Shown in pieces: positions 9,234-16,553 of a DNA stretch of 64,000 bases (position 1 is its first letter; each line of letters starts with the position of its first letter). The notes under the pieces were generated by a model. The model saw only the letters and a program-made list of their open reading frames with translations, ran no database searches and was not told the origin of the DNA. Source of the stretch: an uncultured bacterium (lineage in GTDB: Bacteria; Acidobacteriota; Thermoanaerobaculia; Multivoradales; J023); NCBI GenBank assembly GCA_965371445.1, contig CBDUYN010000012.1, positions 10,878-74,877 on the forward strand. Reading direction: 5' to 3'. A program made the translations under genes and the position numbers.

Positions 9234-11242
9234 CCGCCTCCGTCGAACGCTTCGAGCTGTCGGCGGTCGACCTGCCGTTCCGGGTGTCGTTCAAGCACTC
9301 CGCCGCCGAGCGACGGCGCTCGGAGAGTCTTTTCCTCAAGTGCGTCACCGACGGCGGCCCCTTCGGGGGGACGGGTTTCGGCGAGAGCCTGCCGCGGGAA
9401 TACGTCACCGGCGAGAGCCGCGACGGCGCCTTCGAGCTGCTTGCCGAACGCGTCCTGCCGCGGCTCGCCGGCCGCTCCTTCGCCGGCCTCGCCGAGGTCG
9501 AGACCTTCCTCGGCGAGTGCGACGGCCGCGCGCCGGCGGATTGGGTCGACCCCTCGACCCCCCAGGGCGCCCGCATGAGCGCCGCTCCCTTCGAGAAAGC
9601 GACCCGCGACCCGACGGCCGCCCAGGAGGCCCTGCTGCGGCGGATGATGGCGAACAACCGCGACACCGAGTACGGCCGCGAGCACGGCTTCGCCGCGGTC
9701 CGCTCCCTCGACGACTACCGGTCGCGGGTGCCGGTGGTCGACTACGAGGACATCCGCGGGCACATCGACAGGATGACCCGGGGCGAGAAGGGGGTGCTGA
9801 CCGACGAGGACCCTGTGCTCTTTGCCCAGACCTCGGGCACCACCGGGACGCCGAAGTACATCCCGGTCACCCCCACTTGCCAGCTAGGCGGCGGCATGAC
9901 CACCTGGCTGCACTACGCCCGCCGCGATCATCCGGGCATGTTCCGCGACAAGATCGTCACCATCGTCTCGCCGGCGATCGAGGGCCATACCGAGGGCGGG
10001 CTGCCCTTCGGCTCGACCAGCGGCATGGTGGTCAAGGAGATGCCGAAGATCGTGCAGTCGGCCTACGCCGTGCCCTACGACGTCTACGAGATCCACGACT
10101 ACGAGGCCAAGTACTATGCCCTGCTGCGGCTCGGCCTCGGTCGCAGCGTCAGCTTCATCGGCACCGCCAACCCGTCCTCGATCCTCAAGCTGGCGGAGAT
10201 GGCCGACGCGAATGGCGAGCGCTTGATCCGCGACCTGCGCGACGGCACCCTGAGCGACGAGGTCGAGATCCAGTCCGAGGTGCGGCGGGTGATCGAGGGA
10301 ATGATCCGCCCCGATCCTGGGCGCGCTGGCGAGCTTGAGGCGATGCGCGGGCGCCGCGACGGCAAGCTGCTGCCCGCCGACTACTGGCCGCACATGGCGC
10401 TGCTCGGCTGCTGGAAGGGCGGCACGGTCGGCGCCTACGTCGACAAGCTGGGCGCCTGGTACGACCCGAACCAGCAGGGCATGGTGCCGGTGCGCGACAT
10501 GGGCTACCTGGCGTCCGAGGCGCGGATGTCGATTCCGGTGTCGGACGACGGCGCCGGCGGGGTGCTGACCATCCACCTCAACGTCTTCGAGTTCGTGCCG
10601 GTGGAAGAGGTCGACGACCGGCCCGACGAGCCCGGGAGCTGGAGCTTCCTGGGCGCCACCGAGCTCGAGATCGGCCGCGACTATTACGTTTTCGTCACCA
10701 CCACCGGCGGTCTCTACCGCTACGACATGAACGACGTCGTCGAGAGGGTCGACACCTACAACGCCACCCCGGTGATCGTCTTCCGCCGCAAGGGCCGGGG
10801 AATGACCAACCTCACCGGCGAGAAGCTGTCGGTCAACCAGGTGATCGCGGCGATGGGAAAGGCCGGCGAGGCAGTGGGTGTGGGCGTCGGCCACTTCCGC
10901 GCCGAGCCCGATGTTTCCCGCTCGCTCTACGTCTTCAAGGTGGAATTCGAGAGCGCGCTACCGGCGGAGAAGCGCTTCGACTTCCTGGGCCGGCTCGACG
11001 AGTCCCTTGGCGAGCTCAACATCGAGTACCAGGCCAAGCGCGCCAGCGGCCGGCTCGGACCGCCGGTCCTGCAGGTGATGCGGAGCGGCTGGTACGAGCG
11101 CGGCAAGCAGAGCCTGGTCGCCGAGGGCAAGCGCCTGTTCCAGGCCAAGACCGTGCTCCTCGACGCCAAGAGCGGCTACCGCCCGGAGCCGGACGAGCTC
11201 GAGGCGGAGGTAGGCCTGGTGAAAGGTCGTGGAGTACAATGA
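9230..11242 (+). CDS. GH3-family acyl-acid amido synthetase / adenylating enzyme with an N-terminal ~110-aa enolase-superfamily (MR/MLE N-terminal capping domain)-like extension
   Basis: GH3 core starts around residue 115 (NNRDTEYGREHGF...VPVVDYEDIRGHIDRMTRGE...FAQTSGTTGTPKYIPVT...). The N-terminal 110 aa (FELSAVDLPFRVSFKHSAAERRRSESLFLKCVTDGGPFGGTGFGESLPREYVTGES...LPRLAGRSF) matches the MR_MLE_N pattern (PL..PF, tDgG..G.GE, tGEs, P.L.G). No stop separates the two parts. Confidence 0.7.
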   Translation: MTASVERFELSAVDLPFRVSFKHSAAERRRSESLFLKCVTDGGPFGGTGFGESLPREYVTGESRDGAFELLAERVLPRLAGRSFAGLAEVETFLGECDGRAPADWVDPSTPQGARMSAAPFEKATRDPTAAQEALLRRMMANNRDTEYGREHGFAAVRSLDDYRSRVPVVDYEDIRGHIDRMTRGEKGVLTDEDPVLFAQTSGTTGTPKYIPVTPTCQLGGGMTTWLHYARRDHPGMFRDKIVTIVSPAIEGHTEGGLPFGSTSGMVVKEMPKIVQSAYAVPYDVYEIHDYEAKYYALLRLGLGRSVSFIGTANPSSILKLAEMADANGERLIRDLRDGTLSDEVEIQSEVRRVIEGMIRPDPGRAGELEAMRGRRDGKLLPADYWPHMALLGCWKGGTVGAYVDKLGAWYDPNQQGMVPVRDMGYLASEARMSIPVSDDGAGGVLTIHLNVFEFVPVEEVDDRPDEPGSWSFLGATELEIGRDYYVFVTTTGGLYRYDMNDVVERVDTYNATPVIVFRRKGRGMTNLTGEKLSVNQVIAAMGKAGEAVGVGVGHFRAEPDVSRSLYVFKVEFESALPAEKRFDFLGRLDESLGELNIEYQAKRASGRLGPPVLQVMRSGWYERGKQSLVAEGKRLFQAKTVLLDAKSGYRPEPDELEAEVGLVKGRGVQ

Positions 11243-11346
11243 CGAACGTCACGCCTTGCCAGGCCCCCTTGACCATCGCTTCCGCACTCCTCTTCGAGCG
11301 CATCGTTGCGCTCGGCACCTCTCAACCTCCAAGAAGGAGAAAAGAA

Positions 11347-11874
11347 ATGAAGAAAACGACATGCTTGTTCCTCCTCCTCGCCCTGCTGTGTGTGGCGAGC
11401 TCGTTTGCCGGGATCTCAGTGGATCACGACAAGAACGCCGACTTCTCGAAGTACAAGACCTTCACCATCAGGGAAGCGACGCCGGCGATCAATCCGCTGA
11501 TGCGCGAGCGGCTCGTCAAGGCGATCGAGGAGGGCCTCACGGCGGAGGGTCTCACGAAGGCCGACGACGGAGCGCACCTCGAGGTCGTCATCCACACCTC
11601 GCTCGAAAAGGAGATGCACATCACGGCCGACGACTGGGGCTACGGCGGCTATCGCGGCTGGCGCGGTTGGGGCGGCTGGGGTACGACGACCGTCGACGTC
11701 CAGAACGTCGCCGTGGGCACCCTGATGCTCGACATGGTCGAAACCGCTTCGGACAAGCTGGTGTGGCGCGGCATCGCGACCGACTCGATCCCCAAGAAGA
11801 GCGAGAAGCTCGAGAAGAAGGTCTACAAGGCCGTCGACAAGCTCTTCCGGCATTTTCCGCCGGAGGCGGAATGA
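11347..11874 (+). CDS. DUF4136-family secreted lipoprotein, copy 1 of 3
   Basis: Signal/lipobox (MKKTTCLFLLLALLCVASSFAG), family N-terminal signature (VDHDKNADFSKYKTFTI), RBS aaggag upstream. Paralogues at 53743..54222 (-) and 56107..56670 (+). Confidence 0.6.
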   Translation: MKKTTCLFLLLALLCVASSFAGISVDHDKNADFSKYKTFTIREATPAINPLMRERLVKAIEEGLTAEGLTKADDGAHLEVVIHTSLEKEMHITADDWGYGGYRGWRGWGGWGTTTVDVQNVAVGTLMLDMVETASDKLVWRGIATDSIPKKSEKLEKKVYKAVDKLFRHFPPEAE

Positions 11875-11950
11875 AGAGACACTGCCGCCGGAGGCGGAAT
11901 GAAGAGACACTGCCGCCGGAGGCGGAATGAAGAGACACTGCCGCCGGAGG
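11857..11950. repeat. Tandem direct repeat, 28-bp unit, 3 perfect copies plus one degenerate copy
   Basis: ccgccggaggcggaatgaagagacactg at 11857-11884, 11885-11912 and 11913-11940. A truncated fourth copy (ccgccggagg-aatgacgag) follows. Copy 1 contains the stop codon of the DUF4136 gene (PPEAE-stop), so the repeat reiterates the gene's 3' end into the intergenic region before the RBS of the next gene. Confidence 0.9.
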
Positions 11951-11980
11951 AATGACGAGAAATCCGGAAAGGAGAAAGTG

Positions 11981-12403
11981 ATGAAGAAGAAAGCAGCCTT
12001 CGTGGCCATCCTGGCCTCCCTGGCGCTCGGCGCGGCCGGCGTCTCGGCCCAGGAAGACGTGATCGACAAAACGATCGACGCTTGTAAAGTCGAGATCGAG
12101 AAGTACTGCAGCCAGGTCACGCCGGGCGAAGGACGCCTGCTGGCCTGCTTCTATGCCCACGGCGACAAGCTCTCGGGGCGCTGTGAGTACGCCCTCTACA
12201 CCGCGGCGGCCGAGCTCGAGCAGTTCGTGGCGGCCGTGACCCACCTGGCGACACAGTGCCTGGACGACCTGGAGAAGCACTGCGCCGAGGTCGAGATGGG
12301 TGAGGGGCGCGTGGCGTCCTGCCTCCTGGAGCACAAGAAGGAGGTCACCGAGGGCTGCAGGAAGGCCATCGACGACACGGGGCTCGAAGTCGCCGACGAC
12401 TAG
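11981..12403 (+). CDS. Small secreted cysteine-rich protein with two ~55-aa Cys-rich repeats
   Basis: Signal peptide (MKKKAAFVAILASLALGAAGVSA), RBS ggagaaag. Repeat 1: C-KVEIEKYC-SQVTPGEGRLLACFYAHGDKLSGRC. Repeat 2: C-LDDLEKHC-AEVEMGEGRVASCLLEHKKEVTEGC. Confidence 0.55.
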   Translation: MKKKAAFVAILASLALGAAGVSAQEDVIDKTIDACKVEIEKYCSQVTPGEGRLLACFYAHGDKLSGRCEYALYTAAAELEQFVAAVTHLATQCLDDLEKHCAEVEMGEGRVASCLLEHKKEVTEGCRKAIDDTGLEVADD

Positions 12404-12455
12404 CTCGAGACCGGCAATCGATACGAAAAAACCCTGAGAACACGGAGGTGTGAAC

Positions 12456-13025
12456 ATGAAAAGGACGCTCCTGATCACCGTCTCGCTCTCTCTCGCCTGG
12501 GCGTCGCTCGCCTCGGCCCAGGCCCCTCCCGTCGCCGCACCGACGCAGCAAAAGACCCTGGCGGCGACGATGAACGTCTACGTCTTCCCGGCCGACGGGC
12601 AGACCCCCGAGCAGCAGAACCGGCACGAAGCCGAGTGCTACGCCTGGTCGGTGAACAACACCAAGACCGATCCGTTCGACCTCGCCAAACAGGCGGAGCA
12701 GGCGGCGATGACGGCGGAGCAGCAGAAGGCGAAAGTCGAGCAAAAGACCGAGGGCGCGGGCGCCAAGGGCGCGCTGGCCGGCGCCGCCGCCGGCGCTCTG
12801 ATCGGGGAGATCGCCAGCAACGACGCCGGCGGGGGAGCGGCGTGGGGCGCCGCCGCCGGCGCGATCGCCGGGCGCCGCAGGGCGCGCCAGGCCAAGCAGG
12901 AGGCAGACCAGCAGATCGACCAGCAGACTCGGCAGGTGCAGCAGGCGTCGGCGGAGCAGATCGAGGGCTTCAAGAAAGCCTTCAGCATTTGCATGGAAGC
13001 CAAGGAGTATCTCGTGAAGTTCTGA
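12456..13025 (+). CDS. Module gene A: secreted glycine-zipper protein
   Basis: Signal peptide, RBS ggagg. Gly-zipper (GAGAKGALAGAAAGALIGEIASNDAGGGAAWGAAAGAIAG), then a Q-rich helix (QQIDQQTRQVQQASAEQIEGFKKAF). Close paralogue at 54787..55356 with ~80% nucleotide identity in places. Confidence 0.65.
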   Translation: MKRTLLITVSLSLAWASLASAQAPPVAAPTQQKTLAATMNVYVFPADGQTPEQQNRHEAECYAWSVNNTKTDPFDLAKQAEQAAMTAEQQKAKVEQKTEGAGAKGALAGAAAGALIGEIASNDAGGGAAWGAAAGAIAGRRRARQAKQEADQQIDQQTRQVQQASAEQIEGFKKAFSICMEAKEYLVKF

Positions 13026-13083
13026 ACATTCGAATCCATCGGCTACCCATGGCCGGCACCCATTTGCTCAAGGAGTCAAAGCC

Positions 13084-13527
13084 ATGACCCAAGTCATGAA
13101 ACGAGTCAACGTCATCGTCATTTCACTCACGCTTCTACTGGCGGCGAAATCGCTTTGGGCCGACGACGTCCGCGGAGCGGACCACCTGCTCTGCTCGGCG
13201 GCGCAGGTCACCGTGTGTTACGCCGACGGTGAGTGCCTCATCTCACCGCCGTGGGAGCTCAACGTGCCTCTGTTCATCGTGGTGGACCTCGAGAACAAGA
13301 GGCTCAGAACCACCGAGGCCAGTGGCGAGAACCGGACCACACCGATCAAGAATCTCGAACGCGACGGCGGCCTGATCTTCCTGCAGGGCGTCGAAAACGG
13401 CCGCGCTTTCAGCTTCGTGATCGCCGAGGAGACCGGTATGGCGTCGATCGCCGTGGCCAGGGACGGCCTGGCGGTGACGGTCTTCGGCGCCTGCACGCCG
13501 AGGCCGTCAACCAGCGGCGAGGAGTGA
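13084..13527 (+). CDS. Module gene B: small secreted 4-Cys protein of unknown function
   Basis: Signal peptide (MKRVNVIVISLTLLLAAKSLWA). Conserved block LLCSAAQVTVCYADGEC...PPWELNVP...GRAFSFVIAEETGMASIAVARDGLAVTVFGACTP. Paralogue at 54350..54766 (...AFSFVITEKSGMATIAVARDGLTVTVFGPCTP). Confidence 0.6.
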   Translation: MTQVMKRVNVIVISLTLLLAAKSLWADDVRGADHLLCSAAQVTVCYADGECLISPPWELNVPLFIVVDLENKRLRTTEASGENRTTPIKNLERDGGLIFLQGVENGRAFSFVIAEETGMASIAVARDGLAVTVFGACTPRPSTSGEE

Positions 13528-13532
13528 CCGTC

Positions 13533-16010
13533 ATGAAGCTCCTACCTTTCCTGCTCCTGCTTCCGGCGCTCGTAGCCTGCTCCCCGGCAGAAAGGGCCGG
13601 CGCTCCCGACGAGCTGCCGACCACTCTCACCGCTCAAGACGCCGGCTGGCCACGCTATTTCGCGGCCGACGGCGAGGCGGTGACGATCTACCAGCCCCAG
13701 GTCGAGAGCTGGCACCGCTACAGCCGGATCACCTTCCGGGCGGCGGTGAGCTTCACGCCCGAGGGCGCTGAAAAGCCCGTCTTCGGAGCGCTTCGCGTGG
13801 AGGCGGACACCGACACCGATCTCGAGAACCGCGGCGTGCTGCTGGGCAACATGGAGATCACGGGGTCGAAGTTCGTCGGCCTCGGCGAGGCGGAGTCCGC
13901 CGAGTGGACGCGGCGCATCGGCGGCATCCTGCCGGCGGCGCCGGTGCCGGTCGACCTCGACCGGATCCTGGCCTATTTCGAGCACACCGAGGCCGAGGTG
14001 GTGGCCGACGATCTCGCCGGCAAGGCGCCCGCCACGCCCGGCGACGAGATCGCCCACGACGCTCCCCGGATCTTCGTCAGCCAGCGGCCGGCGATCCTCG
14101 TGGTGCTCGACGGCGAGCCGGTGCTCTTTCCCGTAGAGGGCACCGCTCTCATGTTCGCGGTCAACACCAACTGGGACCTCTTCTTCCACTCCAAGGAGGG
14201 GCGCTACTACCTGCTCGACCGCGGTCCGTCCGACGAGGAGGCGGCCGGCGGTGGGGGTCAAGGCTCCTGGCTCACGGCGGCGCGGCTCGACGGGCCGTGG
14301 ACCGTGGCCGGCGAGATGCCGGGCGACTTCCTGAAGCTCGGCGACGACTGGCAGGACGTCAAGGAGAACCTGCCGGGCGCTGCGATGGCTGAGGTGCCGA
14401 CGGTCTACGCCGTGACCCGGCCGGCGGAGCTCATCGTGATCGACGGCGCGGCGGCGTCGACGCCGATCGAGGGTACGCGGCTCTTGTGGGTGCAGAACAC
14501 CGATGCCGACCTCTTCCTCTACGGCGGCGACGGCCGCTACTACTACCTGGTCTCCGGCCGCTGGTACCGCACCCAGACCCTCGACGGTCCCTGGGAGCTT
14601 GCCAGCGCCGACCTGCCGGGGGATTTCGCGGCCATCCCGGCCGACCATCCCACCGCCGGCGTGCTGGCGTCGGTGCCGGGCACCGCCCAGGCCGAGGAGG
14701 CGGTGCGCCTCGCCAAGGTGCCGACCAAGGCCACGGTGAAGCGCAGCGAGGCGACGGCCGAGGTCGCCTACCAGGGCGATCCCGAGCTCGCGGCGATCGA
14801 GGGCACGTCATCGTCCCCTGGGGGGGACCGAGGGGGGGCACCGCTGGAGTACGCCACCAACACGGCGTCGGACGTGATCAAGGTCGGCGACGTCTACTAC
14901 CTGTGCCTGCAGGGCGTGTGGTTCGTCTCCACGAGCGCCACCGGCCCCTGGCAGGTGGCCGACTCGGTGGCCCAGGAGATCTACACCATCCCGCCCTCGA
15001 GCCCGGTACACCACACCACCTACGTCCAGGTCTACGACTCGGGTCCCGACTGGGTCACGGTGGGGTACACGGCGGCCTACCTCGGACTGATGATCGCCAT
15101 CTTCGACGACGCCGCAGTGGTGGTCTACGGCACCGGCTGGTACTACCCGCCCTACGTCTACTACGGGCCGCACCCGGTCTACTACCCGTACCACCACAGC
15201 TACGGCGTGTCGGCCTGGTACAACCCGACGACCGGCACCTACGGCCGCGGTGCTTCGGTCTACGGGCCCTACGGCGGTGCCGGCCGCGCCGCGGCCTACA
15301 ACCCCCGCACCGGCACCTACGCCCGCGGTGCCGCGGCCTACGGGCCGTACGGCGGCTCGGCGACGTTCCAGGCCTACAACCCGCGCACCTCCACCTACCG
15401 CGCCGGCTACCGCTCCTACAACACGTATGCGAGCTGGGGCGAGGGCGTGGTCGAGCGTGGCGACAAATGGGCCAAGGGCGGCTACTACAGCGACTCGCGA
15501 GGCACTGTCGCCGGGGTGCGGACCTCCGAGGGCACGGGCCGCGTGGCGGTGCGCACCGACGACGGCCGGACGTTCATCGGCGGCAGCGGCAACGATGTCT
15601 TCGTCGGCAAGGACGGCGACGTCTACCGGCGTGGCAACGACGGCTGGTCGAAATACGACCAAGGCGATTGGCAGAAGGCGGAGAGCAGCGGCCAGGCTCG
15701 CCTGAGCGAGAGCCAGCGCGCCGCGGCCCAAGATCGGGCGTCGGCGGCGCAGTCGCGCGGCGGCACGACGGCGGCGGGGGTGAGCGAGAGCCAGCGCGCC
15801 GCGGCGCGCGACCGGGCTTCGCAGACGGCGCGTCCGTCCTGGGATAGAGGGGCGAGCCAAAACGACGTCCTGAACCAACTCAATCGCGATTCCCAGGCGC
15901 GATCCGCGGGCGCCCAGCGCAGCCGGGACTTCAAGTCGTCGCGATCGTCAGGCGGCACCCGCAGCCGCACGCAGAGCGGTCGCAGCCGCGGCGGGAGGCG
16001 GGGCGGCTGA
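13533..16010 (+). CDS. Module gene C: ~825-aa secreted protein with three internal ~100-aa repeats, a Tyr/Pro/Gly-rich low-complexity region and an Arg/Gly/Ser-rich (RGG) C-terminal tail
   Basis: Signal peptide (MKLLPFLLLLPALVACSPA). Repeats contain NT..DLF....DGRYYYL..GRWY....L.GPW.......P.DF..IP. Low-complexity part: GWYYPPYVYYGPHPVYYPYHHSYGVSAWYNPTTGTYGRGASVYGPYGG...YNPRTGTYARG. Tail: ...SRSSGGTRSRTQSGRSRGGRRGG. Full-length paralogue at 37990..40353 (-). Confidence 0.7.
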   Translation: MKLLPFLLLLPALVACSPAERAGAPDELPTTLTAQDAGWPRYFAADGEAVTIYQPQVESWHRYSRITFRAAVSFTPEGAEKPVFGALRVEADTDTDLENRGVLLGNMEITGSKFVGLGEAESAEWTRRIGGILPAAPVPVDLDRILAYFEHTEAEVVADDLAGKAPATPGDEIAHDAPRIFVSQRPAILVVLDGEPVLFPVEGTALMFAVNTNWDLFFHSKEGRYYLLDRGPSDEEAAGGGGQGSWLTAARLDGPWTVAGEMPGDFLKLGDDWQDVKENLPGAAMAEVPTVYAVTRPAELIVIDGAAASTPIEGTRLLWVQNTDADLFLYGGDGRYYYLVSGRWYRTQTLDGPWELASADLPGDFAAIPADHPTAGVLASVPGTAQAEEAVRLAKVPTKATVKRSEATAEVAYQGDPELAAIEGTSSSPGGDRGGAPLEYATNTASDVIKVGDVYYLCLQGVWFVSTSATGPWQVADSVAQEIYTIPPSSPVHHTTYVQVYDSGPDWVTVGYTAAYLGLMIAIFDDAAVVVYGTGWYYPPYVYYGPHPVYYPYHHSYGVSAWYNPTTGTYGRGASVYGPYGGAGRAAAYNPRTGTYARGAAAYGPYGGSATFQAYNPRTSTYRAGYRSYNTYASWGEGVVERGDKWAKGGYYSDSRGTVAGVRTSEGTGRVAVRTDDGRTFIGGSGNDVFVGKDGDVYRRGNDGWSKYDQGDWQKAESSGQARLSESQRAAAQDRASAAQSRGGTTAAGVSESQRAAARDRASQTARPSWDRGASQNDVLNQLNRDSQARSAGAQRSRDFKSSRSSGGTRSRTQSGRSRGGRRGG

Positions 16011-16060
16011 GCCGAACGAAGGAGAAGAAGGAGCCCCTCGAGAAGTACCGCGCCCGGGCC

Positions 16061-16546
16061 ATGAGCCTGGACCGCGGGGCGTCGAGCAACCTCGACATCG
16101 TGATCTACGAATGGACCACTCCGGAGGAGCGCCAGGCGCTGCTCCAGACTTTCGTCGACGGCGGTAGCGACAAGCTCTACGACGCCCTCCAAGATCAGGA
16201 CGAAAAGGGCTACGTCAAGGCGCCGAGGACGCTGGCCTACGACATGAAGTACGCCTTCCAGTTCGAGGTCGAGGGCAAGCGCCGGATCGTGCTGGCCACC
16301 GATCGGCCACTGGGCTTCATCGAGCTCACCAGGGCGTCGCGCAGCCTCGACTACAACGTGAGTCTCATAGTCTTCGAGGTCGACGCGGAGACCGGTGAGG
16401 GCGAAGGCTTCGCGATGGGCGGCGTCGAGCTCTCGGTCGACAAGGAGACCGGCCGCATCACCATCGAGCATACCGGTACCCAGCCGACGAGGCTGACGTT
16501 GGTGAAGAGGACTTTTCCCAAGGGCAAACAAGGGAAGGAGAAGTGA
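16061..16546 (+). CDS. Module gene D: small protein with a Lys-rich C-terminal tail, unknown function
   Basis: 161 aa with no obvious signal peptide. Conserved with 55388..55978 (RIVLATDRPLGFIELTRASRSLDYNVSLIVFEV...GEGEG vs RVIRAVTDRPIQIYEVMRSLRTEDYPFGVIEIRLPADGKGEG). Tails are KGKQGKEK and KEKKKKKKD. Ends 7 bp from the convergent STAND gene. Confidence 0.5.
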   Translation: MSLDRGASSNLDIVIYEWTTPEERQALLQTFVDGGSDKLYDALQDQDEKGYVKAPRTLAYDMKYAFQFEVEGKRRIVLATDRPLGFIELTRASRSLDYNVSLIVFEVDAETGEGEGFAMGGVELSVDKETGRITIEHTGTQPTRLTLVKRTFPKGKQGKEK

Positions 16547-16553
16547 GGCGTTG

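Noticed and set aside
8211-11318. Several long reverse or alternative-frame ORFs (8211..9170, 9112..10338, 9884..10894, 11016..11318) over the hydrolase / GH3 genes
   Set aside because: They overlap well-supported forward genes. Compositionally biased translations (Arg/Pro/Gly-rich). High-GC artefacts.
11857-11950. Considered whether the 28-bp tandem repeat could be a mini-CRISPR array
   Set aside because: Units are directly abutting with no spacers. Only ~3.4 copies. No cas genes. It duplicates a coding 3' end. So this is a simple tandem repeat.
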